Of a stretch of DNA of 64,000 nucleotides, positions 1-10,228 are shown in pieces. Numbering within the stretch: the stretch's first letter is position 1; each line of letters opens with the position of its first letter. The notes below the pieces were generated by a model. That model had not been told where the DNA came from, made no database searches, and worked only from the letters and a program-made list of their open reading frames with translations. The DNA lies in the NCBI GenBank assembly GCA_003153435.1, contig PLYR01000050.1, positions 29 through 64,028 on the forward strand, given 5' to 3'. The position numbers were made by a program, and so were the translations under genes. The DNA is from Bacteroidota bacterium. Lineage in GTDB: Bacteria; Bacteroidota; Bacteroidia; Palsa-965.

Positions 1-53
1 TCACTCTCCTGGCCTTTTTTATTGTCAGGCCTTTCACTTCATGGCTGCATTAC

Positions 54-539
54 TTACTTTTTACCGGCTGTGGTCATCTCTCTTAATTCTGCTCCTATAA
101 CATTCGCATCGGTGCTTATAGATGCTTTAAATGCCAGTTTTCGTGCCATGGCATCTGCGTTGAAGTCAATCATTTGTTTTCTCAGGTCGCTATTGTCTTT
201 TTCCAGGTGGGCCAATCTTCGGAAGGACTTGGTGTTCGTTCCCTTAGCTCCTTTTAAAATTTTGATATTTAATTCATTCTGAACTATTTTTTCCTCCAAC
301 TCTTTCTGAAAACTGATCCATCCATCCGTTTTTTCATTTTTCTTAGGAACAGAAAACTTGTCCTGCTCTGACGGAATAGGTATAGCTGCAAGGAGCGTGT
401 CTTTGTTAACTTTCTTCTGCTCTTTGACATGTTCAAATGCGTCATCCTGTTTTTGCTCACTCGTTTGACAGGAGAAAAATATAGGAATGACCAGACAAAT
501 GGCTGCATATCGGACTAACTGAGAAGTAAATGTTTGCAT
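54..539 (-). CDS. hypothetical lipoprotein
   Basis: N-terminal signal peptide ending in lipobox-like FFSC (MQTFTSQLVRYAAICLVIPIFFSC); no recognisable catalytic motifs. Confidence 0.45.
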   Translation of the reverse strand: MQTFTSQLVRYAAICLVIPIFFSCQTSEQKQDDAFEHVKEQKKVNKDTLLAAIPIPSEQDKFSVPKKNEKTDGWISFQKELEEKIVQNELNIKILKGAKGTNTKSFRRLAHLEKDNSDLRKQMIDFNADAMARKLAFKASISTDANVIGAELREMTTAGKK

Positions 540-560
540 AGGATGTAGATTGTTATAGAC

Positions 561-1379
561 TTAATACAAGTTAATCGGGGCACGATGTTCATTGTTCCAT
601 TTCTCCATCGTAAATATCTGTTTGTAAGACTTGGGTTTTATCCCAAGACTCCCAGTATAAGGATGATCGAGCAAGATGATAATAAAAAGGATCATCCCAA
701 TGAACATCCCAAGAAGTGAGTTCAATATGGCATGCATCCTAGTATGTTCAATATCAAGCATCATGGCACAGATTAGGGTTATAAATGCGCCAACAATCAT
801 AGGTAGCCAGATGGGAGAAGGGATCTCCGTTTCTCCTGATGTCCTTTCGCTCCGATATGCAGCCAGTTCATTTAGATGATGAAACATTTCGGATACCAGC
901 TGAATCTGAAAGGAGTTTTTAGGATTCAGTCGCTCCATTTTGTAAAATACTTTATTAAAAGCCTCCGGGGTTTTCTGGTTAGGTTTCATGCGTTCCATAT
1001 TCGGAAATTCCTCATCAATCACATTATAAACAAAATCAAGGTATACTCCCATTAGTTGTTTGGATTCTACTGTATCTGGATAGAACTTAATATCTCTGTA
1101 TAGTCCCATGGCTGAACTCCCTTCTTTTGCTACATTACTTCTTGTTTCATTTAATTGACCCCAAACCACAAATACCACAAAACTTAACAGTAGTGAATAG
1201 AAACTGGCTATAGCGAAAAATAAAAAACCGGTGACCTCATTATGGGCGCGCAGAACTTTTATCCGGATGTACTTACGAAAAAGGTAGGTTCCCAATGCAG
1301 CCGAAAGTGCACCAAAAAGACTGAGTATAATGAAAAGCAACCATGGTGCAATTTGAAGCATGTAATATGTAATAGCCAT
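561..1379 (-). CDS. hypothetical integral membrane protein (possibly DUF4239-like)
   Basis: 272 aa. Two N-terminal TM helices and C-terminal hydrophobic helices (LPMIVGAFITLICAMML, LLGMFIGMILFIIILL). Family assignment from memory only. Confidence 0.5.
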   Translation of the reverse strand: MAITYYMLQIAPWLLFIILSLFGALSAALGTYLFRKYIRIKVLRAHNEVTGFLFFAIASFYSLLLSFVVFVVWGQLNETRSNVAKEGSSAMGLYRDIKFYPDTVESKQLMGVYLDFVYNVIDEEFPNMERMKPNQKTPEAFNKVFYKMERLNPKNSFQIQLVSEMFHHLNELAAYRSERTSGETEIPSPIWLPMIVGAFITLICAMMLDIEHTRMHAILNSLLGMFIGMILFIIILLDHPYTGSLGIKPKSYKQIFTMEKWNNEHRAPINLY

Positions 1380-1749
1380 TGGATGTATGATCTGTTTCTA
1401 TTAGGTGGTTACCCTGTTGTTGGTTGTTGAAATGATTGTCTGCAAAGTTGGGGAAGCAAAAGCTTAAACACTTACGCCAGTCTGACGATAAGTTACATGA
1501 TTCACAGATTAAAAAAATATTACTTAGTACTGTTGGTAAGCTATAGTAATCCTTCCTTTAATATCACCTATTTGTCCTGCCTGAATGAAGGCGCAGCTTT
1601 CCAGTTGCACCTTTCTTAATAAACCGAAGTATGCTGAGTTAAAATATATGACTTATGTAACTTATCCTTTTCAGCATATAACACTTCCACTGATGTGAAT
1701 ATCCACCTTTGCCATGTGAAACTGATTTCATAAATTAAAACCACATGAT

Positions 1750-3381
1750 ATGAAAAAGAAACTACTCATTATAAGTGCAGCCACCCTCCTGTTGGCCTTG
1801 GCCAACCGAAGTTTTGGACAGGCACCAAACCTCGGAACAGCAGCAAACTTTGCTCTGTTTTCTACTAATGGCGCTGTTAGCAACACTGGAATTTCTCAGA
1901 TTACCGGTAATGTTGGTACGAATAATGGTTCCAGCACTGCATTCGGTAATGTCAATGGAGTAATGCACGACATGGATGGAGTTAGTGGGAGTGCGCCGGC
2001 GTCTACAGATGTACTGTCAGCTTATAACCAGTTAAACTTTACCAAGGCTACCGTATTTCCTGCTCCTTTATTGGGTAATGGACAAGTATTAACGGCCGGA
2101 GTTGATTCGATTGCAAGTGCAGCCACTTTGAACATGGGATTAACATTGGATGGACAAGGTCATTCCAATGCAGTTTTCATTATTAAAATAACTGGATCCC
2201 TATCGACTAATGCGTCTGCTAAAGTCTATCTGATTAATCAGGCGATGGCATGTAATGTATACTGGGTGGTAGAAGGCCTTGTAAGTATGGCTTCTGGAAC
2301 GACCATGAGAGGAACAATCATCGCTAACAATGCCGCGATAAATATGGGTACAGGAGATACCTTGGAAGGCAGAGCACTTTCAATCGCTGGTGCTGTTTCC
2401 GTAAGTGGTGTCTTGGTGTATACTCCAATCGGATGTGGAAGCCCTCTATTGATGGGCCCAGCCGCACCTAATATGGGAGCAGCAGCCTGTTATGCAATAT
2501 TTTCAAGTGGTGGAGCAGTGACCAATACAGGTATAACAAATGTTACTGGTGATGTTGGTACTAACACAGGAGCCTGCACGGGCTTCAGCGCTTCAAATGT
2601 TACGGGTACGATTCATCCGGGTCCTGATGGGTCAACTGCACAATGTGCTTCAGATCTGTTGACCGCATATAATTACCTGCACACACTACCTGTTGATATT
2701 GAATTGTTATATCCTGCTCAGTTAGGAAACAATCTGGTTCTCACACCACATACCTACTACATGGGTGGAGCCGCAACACTTACCGATACTCTGATCCTGA
2801 ATGCAGAAGGAAGTGCAAATGCAGTTTTTGTTCTTCTGATTAATGGAGCACTTACCACCAGTACCTATGCCAAGGTCAAACTAATTAATGGAGCATTGGC
2901 AAAAAATGTTTATTGGGTAATGGAGGGCGCTGTAACTATCAATAATTATTCCATCATTAATGGAACACTTATTTCCCACAGTGGTGCGTTAGGTGCAGTG
3001 AATACGGGAGTTGTTCTTAATGGACAAGCGTTGACCACTGGAGGCGCAGTTACGACTGATGCAATAACTGCCGGAGCGCCAAGTATACCTGGGAATTGTA
3101 CCACCGTTGGAATCCATGAATCTAATCCGGCCAATACAGCAGCTGCAAATATTTTCCCTAATCCTTTCAACGGGGTTGCAACAATTGTACTTCAAAACAA
3201 CTTGTCGTTCGAAGGAACAGAATTCAAATTGTACAATGTAATGGGTGAGGAAGTAATGAATATTCTTCTTACTAATCAATCCACAACCCTGAACATGAGC
3301 CAGATGCCGAAAGGGATTTATTTCTATGAACTCATCAATCAAGCTAGAAAAGTTCAAACTGGTAAATTGATTTCCCAGTAA
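1750..3381 (+). CDS. T9SS-secreted protein with two tandem ice-binding-like (DUF3494) domains
   Basis: Signal peptide. Two internally repeated ~200-aa modules begin APNLGTAANFALFSTNGAVSNTGISQITGNVGTNNGS and APNMGAAACYAIFSSGGAVTNTGITNVTGDVGTNTGA, matching the DUF3494/IBP beta-helix N-terminal consensus. C-terminal ~80 aa (IFPNPFNG...KLYNVMGEEV...GIYFYEL) resembles a type IX secretion sorting domain. Confidence 0.75.
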   Translation: MKKKLLIISAATLLLALANRSFGQAPNLGTAANFALFSTNGAVSNTGISQITGNVGTNNGSSTAFGNVNGVMHDMDGVSGSAPASTDVLSAYNQLNFTKATVFPAPLLGNGQVLTAGVDSIASAATLNMGLTLDGQGHSNAVFIIKITGSLSTNASAKVYLINQAMACNVYWVVEGLVSMASGTTMRGTIIANNAAINMGTGDTLEGRALSIAGAVSVSGVLVYTPIGCGSPLLMGPAAPNMGAAACYAIFSSGGAVTNTGITNVTGDVGTNTGACTGFSASNVTGTIHPGPDGSTAQCASDLLTAYNYLHTLPVDIELLYPAQLGNNLVLTPHTYYMGGAATLTDTLILNAEGSANAVFVLLINGALTTSTYAKVKLINGALAKNVYWVMEGAVTINNYSIINGTLISHSGALGAVNTGVVLNGQALTTGGAVTTDAITAGAPSIPGNCTTVGIHESNPANTAAANIFPNPFNGVATIVLQNNLSFEGTEFKLYNVMGEEVMNILLTNQSTTLNMSQMPKGIYFYELINQARKVQTGKLISQ

Positions 3382-3400
3382 AAGCACTTTTCAAATTCTA

Positions 3401-3442
3401 AGCCCTCTTCCAAGGAATCAAATGGAAGAGGGCTTTTTTTTG
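3401..3442 (+). terminator. rho-independent terminator after the DUF3494 gene
   Basis: agccctcttcc / ggaagagggct 11-bp stem followed by T8, directly after the stop at 3381. Confidence 0.65.
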
Positions 3443-3771
3443 GAGTTATGTGTTGAGAAAACATGGATTGATGTAACTCTTAGCTTACTTCCTGTAACAA
3501 AATTGGATTCAAAAGAGTGCATCTTTGTATACCAAAATAGATCAAATTAAAACAAAAGATAAAAATGCAATTACTTGCACCTGCGTAACAACAACATAAG
3601 ACATCTCCTCTTCAACATGGCTCTCCAGCACTCGGGGAGAGTCACCCTTGAAGATGAAAAAATAATCTCCCCAATTGCCGATATCGATATTTTAGTCCTG
3701 CTTTAAAAATAGTCGGCAATTAAACTTACTCATCTAGAAAAAATAACTTAATTTGAAGGAGGAAAATCCAA

Positions 3772-4152
3772 ATGAAAACAATTGAACTGAAGACTACGAG
3801 CGTTAGCCTGAGAGATGATGGAATTATGCATATCCATATAAAAGGCGGAGTAGAAATGGATCTGGCTGATGCTGTCGCTGTAGTAGAGGCAATTGGAAAG
3901 CTTGGTGGAATGAAAAAATTTCCTGTTTTAATTGATTGTGAGGAGTTTTCTGCAGTTGACAAGGAAGCTAGAATATTCTCAGCAAGTAAAGAAGCGAATA
4001 TATATACCTTGGCCGATGCTGTTGCTTACCATTCTTTAGCTCATCAACTTTTTGCCAATTTCTATGTAAACCACAACAAGCCAGACGTGCCAACCAAAGT
4101 CTTTCCTGATAATGAGGCTGCTATTTCATGGCTAAAGACATTCAAAAGATAA
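3772..4152 (+). CDS. hypothetical protein (SpoIIAA/STAS-like fold suspected)
   Basis: 126-aa ORF with GGAGG 9 nt upstream of the ATG; no signal peptide. Fold guess is weak. Confidence 0.4.
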   Translation: MKTIELKTTSVSLRDDGIMHIHIKGGVEMDLADAVAVVEAIGKLGGMKKFPVLIDCEEFSAVDKEARIFSASKEANIYTLADAVAYHSLAHQLFANFYVNHNKPDVPTKVFPDNEAAISWLKTFKR

Positions 4153-4321
4153 TTAGTACCTAGGACTGGAGATAAGCAATAAGAAAGCCAAAATGAGGGC
4201 AAAACAGAGAGATTGGGCAGTCTGTAGTCATAACTTCCTTAAAGTGCAGTAAGAAGCCTTTAATGGTGTTAAATTCGGTAAAAAATTGGATAATCAAGAC
4301 TGTTCGTCTATGATAGCCTCT

Positions 4322-4960
4322 CTAAGTGGAGCTTTTTGATTTTAGAGTCAAATAGTAGGTGCAAGCATTGCTAACCATACATTCCGGGCATTTTGGACTT
4401 GTTGGTCTGCATATTTCTCTTCCCAGAAAGGACATTGCCATTCCAATCTCACCCCAATCTTCAGATGGGATGACTTCCATAATTTGGTTTTCAATTTTCT
4501 TTGGATCGGTACCGCTTGCAATTCCCAATCGGGGTGCAACCCTCAGCACATGAAGATCTACGATCACCCCTTCGGCTTTTTTGCCGGCTCCTCTTAAGAT
4601 AACGTTTGCGGATTTTCTTCCTATACCAGGCAATTCAGTCAGCTCCTTCATGGTAAGAGGGATATTGCTGTCTTTTTTGAGAGATTGAGAAAGACTTAAA
4701 AGCCACTTTGTTTTGTTTCCGAAGTTTCGGACTTTGCTAATGAATGGGTATAAATCTTCTCCATTTGCCTTTGCGAGAGATTGAAGGTTTGGAAATGCCT
4801 CAAATAATCGGGGGGTGATTTCATTAATATGTTTATCTGAATCCTGAGCAGAGAGAATGACTGATACCAACAGCTGGTATGTATTTTTGAATAGAAGCGG
4901 ATGTGGCTTCCCCTTATATACTTGTAAAAGAGGGGCTAAAGATTCAGACCAATTTTTCAT
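4322..4960 (-). CDS. nth: endonuclease III (DNA glycosylase/AP lyase)
   Basis: HhH-GPD motif LTELPGIGRKSANVIL and C-terminal 4Fe-4S Cys cluster CRPTSPKCPECMVSNAC. Confidence 0.9.
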   Translation of the reverse strand: MKNWSESLAPLLQVYKGKPHPLLFKNTYQLLVSVILSAQDSDKHINEITPRLFEAFPNLQSLAKANGEDLYPFISKVRNFGNKTKWLLSLSQSLKKDSNIPLTMKELTELPGIGRKSANVILRGAGKKAEGVIVDLHVLRVAPRLGIASGTDPKKIENQIMEVIPSEDWGEIGMAMSFLGREICRPTSPKCPECMVSNACTYYLTLKSKSST

Positions 4961-5183
4961 TGCTGCTAGGTGATTTCAAGGCAAAAATAAGAAATAAAAA
5001 GGAATCAAATTCTGATTCATCATTGTTGGTGAATGGCAGAGAGTATACGACCAAAGGAAGAAATCGATGTCTATGAATTAAAACGAAGCAAGAATGAAGT
5101 TCTTTTCGTTTCACCGCCAGTGTAAGAATCTATTAGACGGGAATAACAGCTAGTTATAGAGAAGGGGTAACGTGGGATAATTT

Positions 5184-5381
5184 CTATTTTCCTTTGGTGG
5201 AAACAAGTAGTTCACGAACATCGACCTCAAGTACATCTGCTATCTTTTTCAAAACAAGGATACTCGGCTGTGTTTTATTATTGCAGTAATTAGTAACCAC
5301 CACATAGCTCTTTCCAACTTTTTCAGCCAGCCATGCCTGGGATCTTCCCTGGTGTTTTAATATTTCTTTTATCCGATTCAT
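5184..5381 (-). CDS. XRE-family helix-turn-helix transcriptional regulator
   Basis: 65 aa, HTH signature QAWLAEKVGKSYVVVTNYCNNKTQPSILVLKKIADVLEV. Confidence 0.6.
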   Translation of the reverse strand: MNRIKEILKHQGRSQAWLAEKVGKSYVVVTNYCNNKTQPSILVLKKIADVLEVDVRELLVSTKGK

Positions 5382-5760
5382 TATTAAATAATTGATTAAT
5401 TAAGTGGGATAAAATTATGACTAATAACTCGCTTGTAAAATATCGTAATGCGATATATTTAATAAATTATCGATGCTATATTAATTGCTATTGAATTAGC
5501 TGTCTTTAGGGCTTTTATAGAGGCTTTGAATAACAAAGCATTTGTTAGCACAGAGTGGAGGCTGATCATTGTTCTGAAAGCTATATAAAAAACAGAACAT
5601 GGATCATAGGAAAATCTAAGGAATTGAAAAGAGATGACAAACAAGAAAAACGCTTATTTCTGCCTAAAATCAGAATCTTTGACAGAATAGGATGGAATCA
5701 AAATCATGCAAATATCTTCCACTAAATGAGTCTTATAAATAATACATCAGTAGAGAAATA

Positions 5761-5787
5761 AAAAAAACCTCCGCAGGGGAGGTTTTA
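5761..5787 (-). terminator. rho-independent terminator downstream of rplT (bidirectional shape)
   Basis: aaaaaaacctccgcaggggaggtttt: GC stem cctcc/ggagg flanked by an A-run and a T-run, 20 nt after the rplT stop on the minus strand. Confidence 0.55.
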
Positions 5788-5807
5788 AATTATAAAGTTC
5801 AAATATT

Positions 5808-6152
5808 CTATTTGAGAGAAGTAATGACGGCTTTAAATGCATCCGGATTATTCATCGCAAGATCGGCAAGTGTTTTCCGGTTAAGGGTAATACCCGATTT
5901 GTTCAGTTTACCGATGAATTCAGAATATGACAGACCATGTTCACGAACACCTGCGTTGATACGTTGTATCCAGAGTGAGCGGAAATTACGTTTTTTGGTT
6001 TTTCTATCGCGGTAGGCGTAGGTTTGACCTTTTTCAAAGGTATTCTTTGCAACGGTCCAAACGTTTCCTCTTGCGCCCCAATATCCTTTGGTTTGTTTTA
6101 GGATTTTTTTTCTGCGGGCTCTGGAAGCAACCGCGTTGACTGATCTTGGCAT
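5808..6152 (-). CDS. rplT: 50S ribosomal protein L20
   Basis: Translation [30 protein letters not shown]... is a canonical L20. Confidence 0.95.
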   Translation of the reverse strand: MPRSVNAVASRARRKKILKQTKGYWGARGNVWTVAKNTFEKGQTYAYRDRKTKKRNFRSLWIQRINAGVREHGLSYSEFIGKLNKSGITLNRKTLADLAMNNPDAFKAVITSLK

Positions 6153-6271
6153 TTTGTTTTGTTTTTTGGCTTCAGCGTCACACCTTTGGCGTGATCTTGT
6201 TGCTGTTCACCTGGATTAATAATAATTGATTAAACCTCGTGTCCTGTAGTAAAACAGGATCACCTCATCCT

Positions 6272-6466
6272 CTAGAGGCAAAGCATATTCTTCACGTTGT
6301 TCAGGTCACCTGGGGAAACCATTCCGTCTTTTGTTAGACGACGTTTACGGTCAGTGGCCTTCTTTGTAAGAATGTGCCGCTTAAACGCGTGTTTCCGTTT
6401 GATTTTGCCCGAACCCGTAACTACAAAGCGCTTCTTTGCAGAGGATTTCGTCTTCATTTTTGGCAT
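6272..6466 (-). CDS. rpmI: 50S ribosomal protein L35
   Basis: [36 protein letters not shown] is a canonical L35. Confidence 0.95.
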   Translation of the reverse strand: MPKMKTKSSAKKRFVVTGSGKIKRKHAFKRHILTKKATDRKRRLTKDGMVSPGDLNNVKNMLCL

Positions 6467-6510
6467 TTCGCTTGTTTTTATTTATAGATGGATACTCGAA
6501 AATTCAAAGC

Positions 6511-7125
6511 TTACTTTTTCTTCTTTGGAGCCACAATCATGATCATCCTCTTCCCCTCCAGCAAAGGCAGTTGTTCTACCTTTCCATGCTCCTCCAATTC
6601 CTGGGCAAAGCGGAGTAGTAGGACTTCACCTTGTTCCTTAAACATAATAGCCCGACCTTTAAACATAACATATGCCTTAACCTTTGCTCCCTCATCAAGA
6701 AAATTCAGAGCGTGGTTCCTTTTGAAATTGAAATCATGTTCATCTGTATGCGGACTGAAACGAATCTCCTTTACGATAACCTTTGCAGTTTTTGCCTTCA
6801 GCTCTTTTTGCTTCTTTTTCTGTTCATAGAGGAATTTCTTGTAATCAATTACTCTGCAAACAGGAGGTTCGGCTGTCGGTGCAATCTCGACCAGATCTAA
6901 ATCTACTTCCTTTGCGATCTCAAGGGCTCTTTCAATTGAAAATACTCCCTGCTCAATCCCTTCACCAACCACACGAACGGTTTTCGCACGAATGCGTTCG
7001 TTGATATTATGTGCATCTTCTTTCTTCTGGAAACGGGGCCTGTTAAATGCGCCCCCTGGCCTTGAAAAAGTGCCGGCTGGTTTCTTGAATGCCGGATTAA
7101 AGGGTTTTTTAAATTCTGCTGAAAT
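6511..7125 (-). CDS. infC: translation initiation factor IF-3; 5' end extended to a probable non-AUG (ATT) start
   Basis: The ORF-track call begins at GTG 6972 (MVGEGIEQG...). The same frame stays open upstream to 7245 and encodes the conserved IF3 N-domain ...[30 protein letters not shown]. No ATG/GTG/TTG lies in that stretch. ATT at 7125..7123 (or ATA at 7164..7162) is a candidate start, consistent with the known AUU start of infC. Confidence 0.8.
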   Translation of the reverse strand: MSAEFKKPFNPAFKKPAGTFSRPGGAFNRPRFQKKEDAHNINERIRAKTVRVVGEGIEQGVFSIERALEIAKEVDLDLVEIAPTAEPPVCRVIDYKKFLYEQKKKQKELKAKTAKVIVKEIRFSPHTDEHDFNFKRNHALNFLDEGAKVKAYVMFKGRAIMFKEQGEVLLLRFAQELEEHGKVEQLPLLEGKRMIMIVAPKKKK

Positions 7126-7160
7126 AAAGACCTCCGTTTTTAAGTTTGTATTCTCTTGTT

Positions 7161-9104
7161 TTATACTAATCTGGCTAACTTGCCATCGATTTCTTTTCCA
7201 ATAACGGCTGCAAAATCTGAAAGACTCATAGACCCTGCATCTCCATCACCTTGCTTTCTGACTGAAACCGTTTGATCCTCTTCCTCTTTTTCTCCTACAA
7301 TTAACATGTAAGGGATCTTTTTCACCTCAGTATCTCTGATTTTTCGGCCGATTTTCTCGTTCCGATCGTCAATAAGCCCGCGAATATCGTAATTATTTAG
7401 CAAATCCAAAACTTTTTTCGCGTAATCGTTGTATTTCTCACTGATTGGAAGTACCATAACTTGCTCAGGAGTAAGCCATAAAGGGAATTTTCCAGCACAA
7501 TGTTCGATCAACACAGCCACAAATCGCTCCAATGACCCGAATGGAGCCCGGTGTATCATGACCGGCCTATGTTTCTGATTATCACTACCAGTATATTCCA
7601 GTTCAAAGCGCTCCGGAAGGTTATAATCCACCTGAATTGTCCCTAACTGCCACTTCCTTCCTATAGCGTCTTTAACCATGAAATCGAGTTTTGGACCATA
7701 GAAGGCTGCTTCCCCAAGGACCGTAGTCGTTTTCAACCCTTTTTCTTTGGCAGAAGCGATAATCGCATCTTCTGCTTTTTTCCAGTTTTCATCACTTCCG
7801 ATGTATTTTGTCGTATTAGAAGGATCCCGGAGTGAGATTTGAGCCGTATAATCATTGAAATCGAGTGCTTTAAACACGTACAAAACAAGGTCTATGACCT
7901 TGCAGAATTCTTCTTCAATCTGGTCAGGTCTGCAGAAAAGATGGGCATCATCTTGAGTAAATCCTCTTACCCGGGTTAGGCCATGGAGTTCCCCATGCTG
8001 TTCATACCGGTAAACGGTACCGAATTCTGCCAAACGGATAGGCAGATCTTTATACGACCGGGGTTTGCTTTTATAAATCTCACAGTGGTGCGGGCAATTC
8101 ATCGGTTTAAGGAAAAATTCTTCACCTTCCTGTGGGGTCTTAATAGGTTGAAATGCATCTGCTCCGTACTTTTCGTAATGGCCTGACGTGACATAGAGCT
8201 GTTTATGACCAATATGAGGGGTGACAACAGGTAGATAACCAGATTTTATCTGAGCCTTTTGCATAAACTGGATCAGTCTTTCACGCAAGGCAGCCCCAGC
8301 CGGAAGCCATAGAGGTAATCCCATTCCAACTTTCTCAGAAAAACAAAACAGCTCTAATTCTTTTCCGAGCTTACGATGGTCTCGCTTTTTGGCTTCTTCG
8401 AGTAGTATTAGATATTCTTTGAGTTCTTTTTCCTTAGGAAAAGTGATCGCGTAAATACGGGTCAGTTGTTTATTCTTTTCATCACCTCTCCAATAAGCTC
8501 CGGCAATGCTCATGACCTTGGCTGCCTTAATAAAACCGGTGCTTGGAATATGAGGGCCACGGCATAAATCAGTAAATTTTCCTTGTTCATAGAAGGTAAT
8601 CGTCCCGTCGTTCAGATCTTTCAACAAATCGAGTTTATATTCATCCTTCTTTTCTGTGAAATAGGAAATAGCATCACTCTTGGAAACATCTTTCCTGATA
8701 TATGGGTTGTTTTGACGGGCTAACTCAATTATTTTGTCTTCAATTTTTTTGAAGTCTTCCGGGTTCAGTTGCGAACCTCCCAAATCAACATCGTAATAGA
8801 ACCCATTCTCAATTGGCGGACCAATACCGAATTTGATGCCCGGATATAGTGCTTCCAGTGCTTCTGCCAGGAGGTGAGCTGAAGAATGCCAGAGTGTAGA
8901 TTTGCCCAGTTCGTCATTCCAGGTCAGGAGATTAACACTGCTGTCCTGAAGAATCGGACGGGTAGCATCCCATACTTCTCCGTTAACTTTTGAGGCTAAA
9001 ACATTTCGTGCAAGGCCTTCACTTATACTCAGTGCAACTTGGAGAGAGGTTGTTCCTTTAGGGTATTCGCGCTGGGAACCATCGGGTAGAGTTATTTTTA
9101 TCAT
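7161..9104 (-). CDS. thrS: threonine--tRNA ligase
   Basis: 647 aa with a TGS-like N-terminus ([19 protein letters not shown]), class II aaRS core and a C-terminal anticodon-binding domain. Conserved thrS-infC-rpmI-rplT order. Confidence 0.95.
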   Translation of the reverse strand: MIKITLPDGSQREYPKGTTSLQVALSISEGLARNVLASKVNGEVWDATRPILQDSSVNLLTWNDELGKSTLWHSSAHLLAEALEALYPGIKFGIGPPIENGFYYDVDLGGSQLNPEDFKKIEDKIIELARQNNPYIRKDVSKSDAISYFTEKKDEYKLDLLKDLNDGTITFYEQGKFTDLCRGPHIPSTGFIKAAKVMSIAGAYWRGDEKNKQLTRIYAITFPKEKELKEYLILLEEAKKRDHRKLGKELELFCFSEKVGMGLPLWLPAGAALRERLIQFMQKAQIKSGYLPVVTPHIGHKQLYVTSGHYEKYGADAFQPIKTPQEGEEFFLKPMNCPHHCEIYKSKPRSYKDLPIRLAEFGTVYRYEQHGELHGLTRVRGFTQDDAHLFCRPDQIEEEFCKVIDLVLYVFKALDFNDYTAQISLRDPSNTTKYIGSDENWKKAEDAIIASAKEKGLKTTTVLGEAAFYGPKLDFMVKDAIGRKWQLGTIQVDYNLPERFELEYTGSDNQKHRPVMIHRAPFGSLERFVAVLIEHCAGKFPLWLTPEQVMVLPISEKYNDYAKKVLDLLNNYDIRGLIDDRNEKIGRKIRDTEVKKIPYMLIVGEKEEEDQTVSVRKQGDGDAGSMSLSDFAAVIGKEIDGKLARLV

Positions 9105-9215
9105 AGCAGTTTCCTATTTACAACATAGGGTAGGTTAGTTTCGATGCGAAGATAGAGAAAAAGTTGCTTTGTAGCAGGCCTTTGCCTTCCAGGAAGGAAG
9201 AAGAGGGACTTAAAT

Positions 9216-9249
9216 AAAGATCCCGTTTCAGATTTGAAACGGGATCTTT
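9216..9249. terminator. perfect 15-bp-stem hairpin (bidirectional terminator candidate)
   Basis: aaagatcccgtttca-gatt-tgaaacgggatcttt, 50 nt downstream of the minus-strand gene ending at 9299 and upstream of the thrS promoter region. Confidence 0.55.
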
Positions 9250-9298
9250 ACCGATAAAATATTCTTAATCAAGAACAGCGCCGACAACAGCTATCAGT

Positions 9299-9748
9299 TC
9301 ACTTATATCCGATAAGTAATACCATACACCCGATCTTCCCGTTATCACCTTCTGTTGCAGGTGGGACTTCATATTCGATATAGTAGGTCCCTGTTTTGCT
9401 AGGCTCAAAGCTCCAGAACAGGTTATCAATACCGTTTGCGCTATCATACACCTTCTGACGCTTGGGATTGTTCTTATTCTTATCATAAATATTGACTTTC
9501 ACCTCTTCTTTAAATCCACTCGTTGCAAAAACCAGTTTGTAAGACTGGCCTGCATAGGCAGTAAATTCAACAGATATGGTCTGAGCTTTATCTTTAAATG
9601 TAAAAGAATTGTCTGCAAATCCATCATAACTGAATGGTTTGAGGTTGCTTTTGCATTTTTTTGCAATTTCTTTAGCATTACATTGTGCATGCAGATTACC
9701 CAGCAGGGATCCGGCAAACAAGAGGAGCATAGTAATTTTCTTTTTCAT
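9299..9748 (-). CDS. small exported protein, paralog of 9759..10220
   Basis: Start moved to the internal MKKKITMLLLFAGSLLGNLHA signal peptide, which removes the overlap with the upstream gene. Conserved C-terminus ...GKIGCMVLLIGYK shared with the neighbour. Confidence 0.5.
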   Translation of the reverse strand: MKKKITMLLLFAGSLLGNLHAQCNAKEIAKKCKSNLKPFSYDGFADNSFTFKDKAQTISVEFTAYAGQSYKLVFATSGFKEEVKVNIYDKNKNNPKRQKVYDSANGIDNLFWSFEPSKTGTYYIEYEVPPATEGDNGKIGCMVLLIGYK

Positions 9749-9758
9749 AGTCAATCGT

Positions 9759-10220
9759 TTATTTATACCCGAGCATGAATAATATGCATCCGGGAACTGC
9801 AGTAGAATCTGTCGGGGGAATTGAATAGTCAACAAAGACTTTCATCGAATGTGTGTGTTCAAATATATGTTCTTTCAATGTAGCAGGATCATCTTTGCTC
9901 GTCCACAAGAGCTTCCGGTTCCTGGCTTCTTTGTCCTTATTATAAACGTTAATAATGACAGGTTTAGTGATCGTCTCCGTATTAAACACAAAGCGGTATT
10001 TTTCACCAAGGAATAGGGGTACTTCCACTTCCTTCAGAGACTCTTTAACCTTATAGGCAATCTTTGTCATCTTGGCTGAATCGTATTTATACGGATCCAT
10101 TGTCTTGCGTGCTTTTTCTTTCAGGCTTTTTGAATCACAAACAGGCTCGTCGCTTGTTTGAAACCCACAGCAAAGTGTAAAAAGTATAAAGCTTATCAAG
10201 CCGATTAAGGTTTTGTGCAT
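9759..10220 (-). CDS. small exported protein/lipoprotein, paralog of 9299..9748
   Basis: Signal peptide MHKTLIGLISFILFTLCCG. Alignable to its neighbour across ~110 aa (P[FY]xYD...VFxT...VxINVYxKxK...) with C-terminus ...VPGCILFMLGYK. Confidence 0.5.
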   Translation of the reverse strand: MHKTLIGLISFILFTLCCGFQTSDEPVCDSKSLKEKARKTMDPYKYDSAKMTKIAYKVKESLKEVEVPLFLGEKYRFVFNTETITKPVIINVYNKDKEARNRKLLWTSKDDPATLKEHIFEHTHSMKVFVDYSIPPTDSTAVPGCILFMLGYK

Positions 10221-10228
10221 GCCGGATT

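Noticed and set aside
22-282. 86-aa plus-strand ORF at the window start
   Set aside because: Overlaps the better-supported minus-strand lipoprotein gene (54..539) and has no motifs.
2989-3387. 132-aa minus-strand ORF over the T9SS C-terminal-domain coding region
   Set aside because: Antisense to the supported T9SS cargo gene; no signal peptide or motifs.
6488-6900. Plus-strand ORFs (113 and 89 aa) overlapping infC
   Set aside because: Antisense to a universally conserved gene.
9185-9200. CCTTCC-A-GGAAGG palindrome upstream of thrS
   Set aside because: Too short, and its one-nt loop could not form a hairpin. It may be a protein site, but there is nothing to support that beyond symmetry.
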